A program made the position numbers and the translations under genes. A model generated the notes under the pieces. That model had not been told where the DNA came from and ran no database searches. It was given only the letters and a program-made list of their open reading frames with translations. Positions 9,201-18,720 of a DNA stretch of 64,000 bases are shown here, piece after piece. The DNA comes from an uncultured Flavobacteriaceae bacterium (GTDB taxonomy: Bacteria; Pseudomonadota; Alphaproteobacteria; Micropepsales; Micropepsaceae). The stretch covers positions 1,215-65,214 of the forward strand of contig CAZYGK010000006.1 of assembly GCA_964647355.1 (NCBI GenBank). Reading direction: 5' to 3'. Every line of letters begins with the position of its first letter. Position 1 is the first letter of the stretch.

Positions 9201-10337
9201 ATGACCGCCATCCCATCGACCGCGCTTCAACTTCGCAGCCTTGTCACGAAGGACGGCGAGCTGCAGCTGTCGCTCGCCCGCGTGCCCGTGGCGGAGCCGG
9301 GCGCCGATGAAGTGCTCGTGCGCGTCGAAGGTACGCCGATCAACCCCTCCGATCTGGGGCTACTGCTCGGCCCCGCCGACATGAAAGCCGCGCGCGTCAC
9401 CGGCACGGGCGAGAACGCGGTCGTCTCGGCCCCCGTCGCGCCGCAGTTCATGCGCATGATGGCTCCGCGCGTGGGTCAGTCGATGCCGGTCGGTAACGAA
9501 GGCGCGGGCGTCGTCGTGAAGGCAGGCGCCTCCCCCGCCGCGCAGGCGCTGCTGGGCAAAACCGTCGCGATGGTCGGCGGCGCGATGTACGCACAGTACC
9601 GCACGATCAAGGCGGCCGAGGCGCTGCAGCTCCACCCCGGCACGACGCCGGCCGAAGGCGCCTCGTGCTTCGTCAACCCGCTGACCGCGCTCGGCATGGT
9701 GGAAACGATGCGGCGCGAGGGGCACAAGGCGCTCGTGCACACGGCCGCCGCCTCGAACCTCGGCCAGATGCTGAACAAGATCTGCCTCGCCGACGGCGTG
9801 CCGCTCGTCAACATTGTGCGCAGCGCGGAACAGGAAAAACTCCTGCGCGGTATCGGCGCGAAAATCGTGCTCGACTCGACCGCGCCGGGTTTCATGGAAG
9901 CCCTGACCCGCGCGCTCGCCGAAACCGGCGCAACGCTCGCCTTCGACGCGATCGGCGGCGGCAAGCTCGCGAGCCAAATCCTGACCGGCATGGAAATCGC
10001 AGCGAGCCAAGCGGCCGGCGGCTACAGCCGCTACGGCTCGACGACACACAAGCAGGTCTACATCTACGGCGGCCTCGACACTGGCCCAACCGAACTCACA
10101 CGATCCTACGGCATGGCCTGGGGCATCGGCGGCTGGCTGCTCACGCCGTTCCTGATGAAAATCGGCGGCCCCGAAGTGAACCGCCTCCGCCAACGCGTCG
10201 CCGACGAAATCAAAACAACATTCGCGAGCCACTACACGAAAACGATCTCACTGGCCGAAGCACTGAAACCAGAGATCATCCAAGCCTACGCCAAACGCGC
10301 GACGGGCGAGAAGTTCCTGATCAATCCCAACAAATAG
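9201..10337 (+). CDS. Zinc-binding/MDR-family oxidoreductase (quinone reductase-like)
   Basis: The ORF track gives 9120..10337. I place the start at ATG 9201, with GGAGA just upstream. The protein has a GroES-like N-domain (VLVRVEGTPINPSDL) and a Rossmann region (LVHTAAASNLGQML). Confidence 0.8.
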   Translation: MTAIPSTALQLRSLVTKDGELQLSLARVPVAEPGADEVLVRVEGTPINPSDLGLLLGPADMKAARVTGTGENAVVSAPVAPQFMRMMAPRVGQSMPVGNEGAGVVVKAGASPAAQALLGKTVAMVGGAMYAQYRTIKAAEALQLHPGTTPAEGASCFVNPLTALGMVETMRREGHKALVHTAAASNLGQMLNKICLADGVPLVNIVRSAEQEKLLRGIGAKIVLDSTAPGFMEALTRALAETGATLAFDAIGGGKLASQILTGMEIAASQAAGGYSRYGSTTHKQVYIYGGLDTGPTELTRSYGMAWGIGGWLLTPFLMKIGGPEVNRLRQRVADEIKTTFASHYTKTISLAEALKPEIIQAYAKRATGEKFLINPNK

Positions 10338-10692
10338 CGCCCTGGGCCCGCTGACCTCCGGCCGGCCCTTCCTTTTTCATACACCCGCGGGCGTCACCGC
10401 CCGCGGCATGAACGCCCGCGAACGCTGCGGCGTGTCACTCTTGCGTAAGTTCTTGATACGTTCTATATCACTAAAACTTAACAAGAGTCAAGGAAACAAT
10501 GGTTCGCCCAGACCAGTGCACGCCGCTTGCAGGGCAACCCAACTCGGTATTTCGCCGCGTTCAAGTGCGTTTTCGCCCCCTAACTCTCGGGTACACATGG
10601 GGTTGTTCGCTCGAATTCTCGCCGAGTACCCCCTCCCCTTGGGTCGCAAGCGCACGCCCATCGGGGCGAGCCGTGCGCCAGGCCTCGCCGCC

Positions 10693-11388
10693 CTACCCCG
10701 CGTCCAGCGAATACCCGGCCGAGCGCACGGTGCGGATCATGTCCGTCGTCCCCGGCGGGTTGATCGCCTTTCTGAGGCGGCGGATGTGCACGTCGACGGT
10801 GCGCAGCTCGATCTCAGCCTCGCGCCCCCACACCGCGTCCTGCAGCTGCACGCGCGAAAACACGCGCCCCGGGTTCTCCATGAAGTGCTTCAGCAAGCGG
10901 AACTCCGTCGGCCCGATCTCGATCGCGGCACCCGCGCGCTTCACGCGGTGCGCCACCGGGTCGAGCACCAGGTCGCCGACGGTCAGCACCTCGCCGGCGA
11001 GCGCGGGGCGAAGCCGCCGCAGCACCGAACCCACGCGCGCCACCAGTTCGCGCGGCGAAAACGGCTTCGTCAGGTAGTCGTCCGCGCCGGTCTCGAGCCC
11101 CCGCACGCGATCGTCTTCCGCCCCGCGCGCGGTCAGCATGATGATGGGCACGCCTGCCGTCGCCTTACCGCGGCGCAACCGCCGGCACACCTCGATCCCG
11201 CTCGTGCCGCCGATCATCCAGTCAAGGAGCACGAGGTCCGGCACGTGCTCGGCCGCCAGCAACAACGCCTCGTCGCCGTCACCGGTCGTCACCACGTCAT
11301 AGCCTTCGCTGCGGAAACGGAACTCCAGCAGCTCGGCCAGAGCGGGATCGTCTTCCACCAGCAACAGGCGCGGCGCGGACATCGCCAC
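10693..11388 (-). CDS. phoB: Phosphate regulon response regulator PhoB (OmpR family)
   Basis: The receiver domain reads RLLLVEDDPALAELL...DLVLLDWMIGG. The winged-helix C-terminus reads RTVDVHIRRLRKAI...IRTVRSAGYSL. It is the last gene of pstSCAB-phoU-phoB. The start is GTG at 11388 or ATG at 11382. Confidence 0.9.
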   Translation of the reverse strand: MAMSAPRLLLVEDDPALAELLEFRFRSEGYDVVTTGDGDEALLLAAEHVPDLVLLDWMIGGTSGIEVCRRLRRGKATAGVPIIMLTARGAEDDRVRGLETGADDYLTKPFSPRELVARVGSVLRRLRPALAGEVLTVGDLVLDPVAHRVKRAGAAIEIGPTEFRLLKHFMENPGRVFSRVQLQDAVWGREAEIELRTVDVHIRRLRKAINPPGTTDMIRTVRSAGYSLDAG

Positions 11389-12069
11389 TTAGGCCTTTCC
11401 GCCGTCGCCGCGCTCCGGCAAGTCGTTGCCGGTCGCCGCGTAGTAGACGAGCTCCGCCACGTTCGTCGCGTGGTCGCCGATGCGCTCCAGATTGCGTGCC
11501 ACGAACAACAGCTGCGCCGCGCTGCTGATCGACGCCGGGTTCTCCATCATGTGGGAGACGAGATTGCGGAAAATGCTCTCGTAGAACGCATCGACCTTGC
11601 TGTCGCGTTTGTGCACCTCGCCAGCGAGCACCGGATCGCGCGCCGCGTAGGCGGTCAAAACGTCGTGCACCATGGCGCCCGCCACCTCCGACATCGCCGG
11701 CAGCAGCGTCAGCGGCTCAAACCGCTTGCGCCCTTCGATCTGGCCCACGCGCTTGGCGATGTTCTTCGCATAGTCGCCGATGCGCTCCAGCACGCCCGCG
11801 ATCTTGAGCGTCGCCACCACCTCGCGCAGGTCGTCCGCCATCGGCGCCCTGAGCGCCAAAACGCGGATTGCGAGCTTGTCGACGTCGACCTCGAGCTTGT
11901 CGATCTTCTTGTCGCGCTGGATCACTTCGGCGGCCAGAGTCTCGTCCAACCGCACGAGCGCATCCATCGCCTGCCCGATCGCAAGCTCCACGAGGCCGCC
12001 CATCTCCGCAATGAGGCCGCGCAGCCGCGTGATGTCTTCGTCGAACGCCTTGACGGTATGATCTGCCAT
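11389..12069 (-). CDS. phoU: Phosphate signalling protein PhoU
   Basis: The protein has two PhoU repeats, each with an E/D..RIGD motif (LERIGDYAKNIA and LERIGDHATNVA). It sits between pstB and phoB. Confidence 0.9.
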   Translation of the reverse strand: MADHTVKAFDEDITRLRGLIAEMGGLVELAIGQAMDALVRLDETLAAEVIQRDKKIDKLEVDVDKLAIRVLALRAPMADDLREVVATLKIAGVLERIGDYAKNIAKRVGQIEGRKRFEPLTLLPAMSEVAGAMVHDVLTAYAARDPVLAGEVHKRDSKVDAFYESIFRNLVSHMMENPASISSAAQLLFVARNLERIGDHATNVAELVYYAATGNDLPERGDGGKA

Positions 12070-12078
12070 CGTCGTTTC

Positions 12079-12846
12079 CTATCCGTAACGGCCGGTGATG
12101 TAGTCTTTGGTGCGCACTTCGCGCGGGTTCGTAAAAATGTCGGACGTCGCGCCATACTCGACCATTTTGCCCAAATGGAAGAACGCCGTGCGCTGCGACA
12201 CGCGCGCGGCCTGCTGCATGGAGTGCGTGACGATCACGATCGCGTAGCGCCCTTTCAGCTCCGAGATCAGCTCCTCGATCCGCGCCGTCGCAATCGGATC
12301 AAGCGCCGAACATGGCTCGTCCATCAAAATGACTTCCGGGTCGACCGCGATCGCCCGCGCGATGCAAAGCCGCTGCTGCTGCCCGCCGGACAGCGCGGTC
12401 CCGCTGTCGGAGAGCCGGTCTTTCACTTCGTCCCAAAGCCCCGCCTTGCGCAGCGACTCTTCGACCATGCCGTCGAGCTCGCTCTTGGCAGCGGCAAGAC
12501 CGTGAATCCGCGGCCCATACGCGACGTTTTCGTAGATCGATTTCGGAAACGGGTTCGGCTTTTGAAACACCATGCCGACACGCGCGCGCAGCTGCACGAC
12601 GTCCATGCCGGAGGTGTAGATGTTTTGCCCGTCGAGCTCGATCTCGCCCATCACGCGGCAGGTCGCGATCGTATCGTTCATCCGGTTCAGCGTGCGCAGG
12701 AACGTCGACTTGCCACAGCCCGACGGCCCGATGAACGCGGTCACGTGCTCGGTCGGGATGTCGATCGAAATGTCGTCGATCGCCTTCTTCTCGCCGTAGA
12801 AGACGCTGACGTTGCGCGCGGTCATGCGGGGTTTGGCTGACATCAC
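12079..12846 (-). CDS. pstB: Phosphate ABC transporter ATP-binding protein PstB
   Basis: Walker A is GPSGCGKST, the signature is LSGGQQQRL, and Walker B is ILMDEP. The start is ATG at 12843 or GTG at 12846, overlapping the pstA stop. Confidence 0.95.
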   Translation of the reverse strand: MMSAKPRMTARNVSVFYGEKKAIDDISIDIPTEHVTAFIGPSGCGKSTFLRTLNRMNDTIATCRVMGEIELDGQNIYTSGMDVVQLRARVGMVFQKPNPFPKSIYENVAYGPRIHGLAAAKSELDGMVEESLRKAGLWDEVKDRLSDSGTALSGGQQQRLCIARAIAVDPEVILMDEPCSALDPIATARIEELISELKGRYAIVIVTHSMQQAARVSQRTAFFHLGKMVEYGATSDIFTNPREVRTKDYITGRYG

Positions 12847-14102
12847 CAGCGTTTCTCAAATCGGTTGCGGAGATAGATGGCGATACCGTTCATGACGAGC
12901 AGGAACGCCAGAAGCACGATGATCGCGGCCGACGTGCGCTCCACGAAGCCGCGGCTCACCTCGTCCGACCACAGGAAGATCTGCACCGGCAGCACGCTCG
13001 ACGGCGCCATGATGCTCTCCGGCGGCGTCGCCACGAACGCGCGCATGCCGATCATGAGAAGCGGCGCCGTCTCGCCCAGCGCGCGCGCCATTCCAATGAT
13101 CGTGCCCGTCAAGATACCGGGCAGCGCCAGCGGCAGCACATGATGCAGCACCACCTGCACGCGGCTCGCACCGACCGCCAGCGCCGCATCGCGGATCGAC
13201 GGCGGCACGGCCTTGATCGCATTGCGTCCGGAAATCACGATGACGGGCATGGTCATGAGCGCCAGCGTCATCCCGCCCACGAGCGGCGCCGAACGCGGCA
13301 AACCCATAAAGCTCAAGAACACCGCCAAACCCAAGAGCCCAAAGATGATCGACGGCACAGCCGCCAGATTGTTGATCGAAACCTCGATCATGTCGGTCCA
13401 GCGGTTCCGCGGTGCGTATTCTTCCAGATAGATCGCCGCCATCACGCCCACCGGGAACGCCAGCAACAAGGTCACCAGCATCGTGAGCATCGACCCTTTG
13501 AGCGCACCCCAGATCCCCACCTGGCCCGGATCGCTCGCGTCGGAGCGCGTCAGGAAGCCGATGTCGACAGCGCTGAACGCAGTATCCTTCGCGGCAAGCT
13601 CCGCATACCGCGCACGCAACGCCGGCGTACCCTCGCCGCGTGCGGCGGCGCTCAACTCGTCGGACGCCGCAACCGAAATCACGGTCTTACCCGACAGCAA
13701 CGCCGGATCGGCGATCAGCGCCTCGCGCACGTCGAGCCACGCGTTCTCGGAAATCAGCTGTCGCCCGTCCGGACCGAACGCGCGGCCCGCCGCAAGCGCG
13801 ACCGCCTCTTCAAGCCCCGCTCCGCTGAGCGCCTTCGCAGCATCGCTCCCGCGCAGCCGCGCCTCGTCGACGGTGAGACCCAGCTCCGGAAAGTCGAGCG
13901 GCAAAGCCACCTCGGTCCGCATGAAGCCGCCAAGCCCGCTCGACGTCATCGCGTAAAGGAGGACCGCCAGGAACAGCGCCGACACCGTGATTGCCGCAAG
14001 CCCCAGCGCGCGAAAACGCCACTCGGACGCATAGCGCGCCTTCAACTGCGCCGCGCGTGCCGGCGACGACCAATCCGTGGGCTGGCGGCGCGCGTTACTC
14101 AT
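12843..14102 (-). CDS. pstA: Phosphate ABC transporter permease PstA
   Basis: This is a multi-TM permease with the EAA-type loop ([18 protein letters not shown]). It sits between pstC and pstB and overlaps pstC by 8 nt. Confidence 0.9.
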   Translation of the reverse strand: MSNARRQPTDWSSPARAAQLKARYASEWRFRALGLAAITVSALFLAVLLYAMTSSGLGGFMRTEVALPLDFPELGLTVDEARLRGSDAAKALSGAGLEEAVALAAGRAFGPDGRQLISENAWLDVREALIADPALLSGKTVISVAASDELSAAARGEGTPALRARYAELAAKDTAFSAVDIGFLTRSDASDPGQVGIWGALKGSMLTMLVTLLLAFPVGVMAAIYLEEYAPRNRWTDMIEVSINNLAAVPSIIFGLLGLAVFLSFMGLPRSAPLVGGMTLALMTMPVIVISGRNAIKAVPPSIRDAALAVGASRVQVVLHHVLPLALPGILTGTIIGMARALGETAPLLMIGMRAFVATPPESIMAPSSVLPVQIFLWSDEVSRGFVERTSAAIIVLLAFLLVMNGIAIYLRNRFEKRW

Positions 14103-15477
14103 AGGCTTCCCGGAACCGTTTGACGACGCGTAGCGCCACGACGTTGAGGCCCAAAGTCACGATGAAAAGCACCGTACCCAAAGCAAACGCCGAAAGCGTC
14201 GCCGGATGATCGAAGCTCTGCTCGCCGGTCAGCATCTGAACGATCTGGTACGTCACCGTCGTCATGCTGTCGAATGGGTTCAGCGACAGGTTCGCCGCAG
14301 CGCCCGCGGCCATCACGACGATCATCGTCTCGCCGATCGCGCGGCTCACGGCAAGCATGATGCCGGCCACGATGCCAGGCAGCGCCGCCGGGATCAGCAC
14401 ACGCTTGATCGTCTCCGACGTCGTCGCGCCCATGGCAAGCGAACCGTCGCGCATCGCCTGCGGCACGGCGGCGATGCTGTCGTCGGCCATCGACGACACG
14501 AACGGAATAATCATGATCCCCATGACAAGGCCGGCGGCCAGCGCACTCTCCGTCGACGCGTTCGCCAAGCCGAGCATCAACGCAAAGTCGCGCACCATGG
14601 GCGCCAGTGTCAGCGCCGCGAAATAGCCGTATGCAACCGTCGGAATACCGGCCAGGATCTCAAGCAGCGGCTTCATCCACTTGCGCACGCGCGGCGACGC
14701 ATATTGCGTGAGATAGATCGCGCTCATCAGCCCGAGCGGGATCGCCACGATCATCGCGATCACCGCACCGATGAACAGCGTACCCCAGAACAGCGGTATC
14801 GCCCCGTAGGTCTTGCCTGTATCGGGCCCCGGCGGCGCAAGCGGATCGGGAGACCACTGCAGCCCAAACAAGAAGTCCACCGGCGAGACGATCGCAAAAA
14901 AGCGTCCTGTCTCGAACAACAGCGAAGCCAGAATGCCGACGGTCGTCAAAATCGCGACCAACGAGGCGAGCAACAGCACCGTCATCACCACGCGCTCCAC
15001 GCGCGTTCGTGCCGTGAAGTCCGGCCGCACCCGCAAGAAGCCGAACGCGCCGCCGAGAAAGCCGACGATCACGGTCAACGTCGCACCGATCGCGCCGTAA
15101 TACGTCATGGCCGAGCGGATCGGACCGACCATTTTGTCGGCGAGCGGATTGAACGCGGCCGCCTGCGTGCCTTGCGCGATACGCAACGCCTCGGCAAGCA
15201 CCGCGTCCCGCTCCATATCCATGAGCGGCAACCCAGCCGCCGCGGCATTACCGAGCGCCGCTTGCATCACCATCCCCGGCGACACCGCGCTCCAGACCGC
15301 CGCGAAAACGAATGCGGGGATCACCGCCCACAGCGCCGCGTACCAGCCGTGATACGAAGGCAACGAGTGAACCTTACCCTTCGCCGCCGTCCGAAAGCTC
15401 CACGCCCGGGCCCGCGCGGCAAGCCACGCGATGAGCCCGAGCCCAAAGACCAACAGAAAGAGAACGACCGGCGCCAC
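14095..15477 (-). CDS. pstC: Phosphate ABC transporter permease PstC
   Basis: This is a multi-TM permease (SLAMGATTSETIKRVLIPAALPGI). It has a GTG start and follows pstS directly. Confidence 0.9.
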   Translation of the reverse strand: MAPVVLFLLVFGLGLIAWLAARARAWSFRTAAKGKVHSLPSYHGWYAALWAVIPAFVFAAVWSAVSPGMVMQAALGNAAAAGLPLMDMERDAVLAEALRIAQGTQAAAFNPLADKMVGPIRSAMTYYGAIGATLTVIVGFLGGAFGFLRVRPDFTARTRVERVVMTVLLLASLVAILTTVGILASLLFETGRFFAIVSPVDFLFGLQWSPDPLAPPGPDTGKTYGAIPLFWGTLFIGAVIAMIVAIPLGLMSAIYLTQYASPRVRKWMKPLLEILAGIPTVAYGYFAALTLAPMVRDFALMLGLANASTESALAAGLVMGIMIIPFVSSMADDSIAAVPQAMRDGSLAMGATTSETIKRVLIPAALPGIVAGIMLAVSRAIGETMIVVMAAGAAANLSLNPFDSMTTVTYQIVQMLTGEQSFDHPATLSAFALGTVLFIVTLGLNVVALRVVKRFREAYE

Positions 15478-15486
15478 CGCGGTCCC

Positions 15487-16530
15487 CTACTTCAACTGCG
15501 CCGGATCGAGCAGCGTCATCGCTTTCGCGACTTCGGCGTTCGCCGCGCGCACGTCGTCCGGCGCGACCACCATGCCTTGCCGCTTGAGATACCCGTCAGG
15601 CCCCCATGCTTTCGCAAACTCGGCCGCATAGTCCTTCAGACCTTTGATCGCGTTCAAATGCGCGCTCTTCACGTAGATGTAGAGCGGCCGCGCTCCGGGA
15701 TAAGAGAAGTCCGAGATCGTCTCATAGGTCGGCGTCACACCGGCCATCGGCACGCCCTTCAGCTTGTCGGTATTCTCCTCAAGGAACGAGAAGCCGAACA
15801 CGCCGATCGCCTGCGGATTCGCAGCGATCTTCTGCACGATCAGATTGTCGTTCTCGCCGGAGTCGACATAGGCGCCGTCCGAACGCACTTCCGTGCACGT
15901 CTTCTTGTGCGCAGCCTTGTCCGTGTCCTTCAGTGCCTTCATCGCCGGATCGCTCTCGCAACCCTTCGTCAAAATGAGCTCCGCCAGTGCATCGCGCGTA
16001 CCCGACGTCGACGGCGGGCCGTACACCAGGATCGGAATCGCCGGCAGCGCCGCATTGACGTCGCTCCAATTCTTCGCGGTGTTCGGCTGACCGAACGGAT
16101 TGGCCGCAAGCGCCTTATAGACCTCGACCGGGGTCAACTCGATCTTCGGACCCTCGGTCGCTTCCGCGAACGCGATGCCGTCGAGCCCGATCTGAATCTC
16201 GACCACATCTTTGACGCCGTTCGCCGCGCACTCGTCGTACTCGGACTTCTTCATCCGGCGCGACGCATTCGCGATATCGGGGTGCGCAACGCCAACGCCG
16301 GCGCAAAAGAGCTTGAAGCCGGCGCCCGTACCCGTCGACTCGATGATCGGCGACTTCATCGCCGGATCGGTCTTGGCGAGCGCCTCGGCCACAGCCTTCC
16401 CGAACGGATACACGGTCGACGAGCCGACCGCGCGGATTTGGTCGCGCGAGGGCGCGGGACCGGAGCCTCCGCAGCCGGCAAGGCCAACGCTCGCGGCCAG
16501 CGCGAGGCCGAGCACAACAGTCCTGTTCAT
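15487..16530 (-). CDS. pstS: Phosphate-binding periplasmic protein PstS
   Basis: The lipoprotein-like signal is LALAASVGLAG|C. The sequence is of PBP type (VGSSTVYPF...STGTGAGF). It is the first gene of the pst operon. Confidence 0.9.
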   Translation of the reverse strand: MNRTVVLGLALAASVGLAGCGGSGPAPSRDQIRAVGSSTVYPFGKAVAEALAKTDPAMKSPIIESTGTGAGFKLFCAGVGVAHPDIANASRRMKKSEYDECAANGVKDVVEIQIGLDGIAFAEATEGPKIELTPVEVYKALAANPFGQPNTAKNWSDVNAALPAIPILVYGPPSTSGTRDALAELILTKGCESDPAMKALKDTDKAAHKKTCTEVRSDGAYVDSGENDNLIVQKIAANPQAIGVFGFSFLEENTDKLKGVPMAGVTPTYETISDFSYPGARPLYIYVKSAHLNAIKGLKDYAAEFAKAWGPDGYLKRQGMVVAPDDVRAANAEVAKAMTLLDPAQLK

Positions 16531-16587
16531 AGGAAGTCATCCTTGGGTTTTGTGCAGCCGCGAGATTCGCGCTGCCAGGGATCGTAT

Positions 16588-16616
16588 GAGACAGTTTCGT
16601 TACACTATTGTGACAA
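16588..16616 (-). promoter_or_regulatory. Pho box (three 7-nt direct repeats at 11-bp phasing) upstream of pstS
   Basis: The minus strand reads TTGTCAC-AATA-GTGTAAC-GAAA-CTGTCTC, against the enterobacterial consensus CTGTCAT-N4-CTGTCAT. Its downstream edge is 58 nt before the pstS ATG. It overlaps the phoR stop codon at 16605-16607. Confidence 0.6.
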
Positions 16617-17768
16617 CGCCTCAACCCGCGGAAACGCAACGGCAACGGTCGTCCCCAGACCAAGATCACTATGGATATCGAGCTGCCCGCGGTGCCGTTC
16701 GGCGATGTGTTTGACAATGGCAAGACCCAGGCCCGTGCCCCCCGACGACCGGCTACGCCCGGGATCCGTCCTGTAAAACCGTCGCGTCAGATGGGGCAGA
16801 TGCTCCCGCGCAATGCCCGGCCCTTTGTCGGCGACGCGCAGCACGATCTTCCCGCTCTCCTCGACGACGCTGACCGATACCGGCTGCCCTGGGTCGCCGT
16901 ATTTGAGCGCGTTGTCCACAAGATTGCGCACCAACTGCTCAAGCTGCCGCCGGTCCCCAGCGATCACAGCGCTTTCGGTCGCGACGTCGACCGTCACCCG
17001 GCCGGCGCCTCGCCCCGCCTGCAGGTCCTTCGCCACCGTTCCCGCGACACGGCCCAGATCCACCCAGTCCCGCGGCACGTCGTGCTTCTCCGCCTCGATC
17101 CGCGAGAGCGACATCAAATCCTCCACAAGCGCATGCATGCGCCGCGCTTCGGTTTCCATGATGCCCAAGAACTTTGTCCGCGTTGGCGCATCGACCTCCG
17201 TCTCGCGAAGCGTCTCCAGATAGCCGATCACCGATGCCAATGGCGTACGCAACTCGTGGCTCGCGTTGGCGACGAAATCCGTGTGCGCACGCGAAACGTC
17301 CGCTTCCGCGGTTCGATCGTCGAGCTCGATGAGACCGAACCGCTCGTCGATCCGCGCGCACCGCACCTGCCAAACGCTACCTGCGCCAAGTAACCCGTGA
17401 ATTGTTACCGGCTCGGCGTTTCCGCTCGACAGCGCATCGATCGCTTGCGGATGACGAAGCGCAAGGCGTGCATCTTGTCCGACAATATGCCGGCCCAGCG
17501 CGTCCCGTGCCGCTTTGTTGGCAACGACGATCCGCTCGCGATCGAGCAGCAGCACGGGCGCACCGAGCGATTCGATGAACGGCGCGATCGCTTCATGCGA
17601 GATGGCGGTCGCCCGCTCGCGCTGGCTTTCGAAGGCCGGCTCCGGCCGCGCGAGCCACAGCGTTCCGATCCACACAACCGTCACGCCGAGCACCAGCCAA
17701 AGACTCACGCCCGCAAGCGCCATCGCCATGCCGGCCGCAACAGCAATCCCTAGTCCCGTGAGTGGCAT
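16605..17768 (-). CDS. phoR: Phosphate regulon sensor histidine kinase PhoR
   Basis: The protein has two TM segments, a PAS-like region, a HisKA motif (FVANASHELRTPL) and the HATPase N/G boxes (NLVDNALKYG, GTGLGLAIVKH). The ORF track starts at 17816. I prefer ATG at 17768 (MPLTGLG...), because a Pho box lies only 7 nt upstream of 17816. Confidence 0.85.
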   Translation of the reverse strand: MPLTGLGIAVAAGMAMALAGVSLWLVLGVTVVWIGTLWLARPEPAFESQRERATAISHEAIAPFIESLGAPVLLLDRERIVVANKAARDALGRHIVGQDARLALRHPQAIDALSSGNAEPVTIHGLLGAGSVWQVRCARIDERFGLIELDDRTAEADVSRAHTDFVANASHELRTPLASVIGYLETLRETEVDAPTRTKFLGIMETEARRMHALVEDLMSLSRIEAEKHDVPRDWVDLGRVAGTVAKDLQAGRGAGRVTVDVATESAVIAGDRRQLEQLVRNLVDNALKYGDPGQPVSVSVVEESGKIVLRVADKGPGIAREHLPHLTRRFYRTDPGRSRSSGGTGLGLAIVKHIAERHRGQLDIHSDLGLGTTVAVAFPRVEALSQ

Positions 17769-17822
17769 CTCTCGCCCGTTCTGTGCGGCGCAGTCATTCC
17801 CGCAACGCGATGGCATTGCAAG

Positions 17823-17840
17823 ATGACACTTCCGTGACAG
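17823..17840 (-). promoter_or_regulatory. Pho box upstream of phoR
   Basis: The minus strand reads CTGTCAC-GGAA-GTGTCAT, two heptamers at 11-bp phasing and a near-consensus match. It lies 55 nt upstream of the ATG at 17768. Confidence 0.55.
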
Positions 17841-17855
17841 GGCGAGCGGCCACCG

Positions 17856-18254
17856 CTACGGCCAGCGAATCTGCACTAGCGGCAGCAACCCGAAGACAAC
17901 TTGCCCCACCAAGCCCAACGCATGGCTCGCCTCCGCATAAAGCGCAAAGTGTTCCCCCAGTGAACGACCGGCGAGGCCGACGCCGAGAGCCGCTTCCGCC
18001 GCCATTAAAAGCAGGAACGCGACCGCACCCATGACCACGCGCGGGGACACCACAGCCGGAACGGCGAACCAAAGCACCGCACGGCGACAGGCAACCCACG
18101 AGACCGCCAAGATGAGCGGCAACTCGATCGCGACCGCCGCAAGCCGCATCTCCGGCGCATCGCCGGTCAGCACAGCACGTGCCGACCCGAACACGAAGCC
18201 CGCCGCAAACACGATCGCAAAGTAAACGGCACCAGCGCCGATCATTGAGGTCAT
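17856..18254 (-). CDS. Small integral membrane protein, unknown function (132 aa, about 4 hydrophobic segments)
   Basis: The ORF track gives 17856..18434, but its first 60 codons run through the tRNA-Ser gene. The internal ATG at 18254 gives MTSMIGAGAVYFAIVFAAGFVFG... I recognise no family. Confidence 0.45.
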   Translation of the reverse strand: MTSMIGAGAVYFAIVFAAGFVFGSARAVLTGDAPEMRLAAVAIELPLILAVSWVACRRAVLWFAVPAVVSPRVVMGAVAFLLLMAAEAALGVGLAGRSLGEHFALYAEASHALGLVGQVVFGLLPLVQIRWP

Positions 18255-18351
18255 TGCTACGGGCTTGCCAAACCGTAGCTCGCGGAGCAAGCCCGCCTTC
18301 GCCCAAGGGGGCTTCGGCGCGCAGCCTTCGCTCCCTTCGCGGGCGCAAGGC

Positions 18352-18440
18352 TGGCGGATGGGGTGAGATTCGAACTCACGGAGGGCGTAACCCTCGCCGG
18401 TTTTCAAGACCGGTGCCTTAAACCACTCGACCACCCATCC
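18352..18440 (-). tRNA. tRNA-Ser (anticodon UGA), class II with a long variable arm, CCA encoded
   Basis: The minus strand reads GGATGGGTGGTCGAGTGGTTTAAGGCACCGGTCTTGAAAACCGGCGAGGGTTACGCCCTCCGTGAGTTCGAATCTCACCCCATCCGCCA. The acceptor stem is GGATGGG/CCCATCC. The anticodon loop is CT-TGA-AA. The T-arm is GTGAG-TTCGAAT-CTCAC. Confidence 0.9.
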
Positions 18441-18720
18441 CGCTCATGCTGCGGGCGCGAGATGTAGCATTGGCGCAAGAGCGAGAAAAGACCGACGACG
18501 CCTTCGCGGATGCGGCAAAACTGAGGCCGGCGGCTATCGAAAGCATGCTGCACGTGCGCTTGTCACACGGCGCATGCTCCACGATCATTTGTGAACTCGA
18601 CTGTCGCCATTCTGGTGTAAATTGACGCAAATCAGTGCCGTGCCTATGTGCGTTCGCCGACGCTTTCGCACACGCTGCAAGCAGACGATGAGATCTGCAA
18701 CGGCACCATGGGAGATACGA

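Noticed and set aside
10499-11077. A 192-aa plus-strand ORF with a decent SD (AAGGAAAcaATG) that starts in the phoB-downstream gap.
   Set aside because: Two-thirds of it is antisense to phoB. The product is Ser/Arg/Pro-rich and has no recognisable fold. Only the first 65 or so codons lie in intergenic DNA. It is retained only as part of the 'unexplained gap' finding.
10408-12840. An 810-aa ORF on the plus strand spans the antisense of phoB, phoU and pstB. Similar giant antisense ORFs occur at 14206..16776 (856 aa, opposite pstC/pstS/phoR), 60442..62646 (734 aa, opposite pccA), 31696..33111, 25262..26563, 28982..30079 and 44054..45154.
   Set aside because: Each lies exactly opposite genes with unmistakable conserved motifs. 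Their translations are Arg/His/Asp/Pro-rich low-complexity strings with no recognisable domains. Long stop-free antisense frames are the expected by-product of strong GC3 bias. I see no independent RBS or promoter evidence.
17856-18434. A 192-aa ORF whose N-terminal 60 codons cover the tRNA-Ser gene.
   Set aside because: The upstream part is simply the tRNA read as protein (MVEWFKAPVLKTGEGYALREFESHP...). I truncated it to the internal ATG at 18254.
18255-18720. tRNA-Ser as a possible genomic-island integration site, with hypothetical genes on both sides.
   Set aside because: There is no integrase, excisionase or phage/IS gene nearby. I found no direct repeat of the tRNA 3' end in the flanks I inspected, and no obvious compositional shift. 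The neighbours are the core pho and suf loci.
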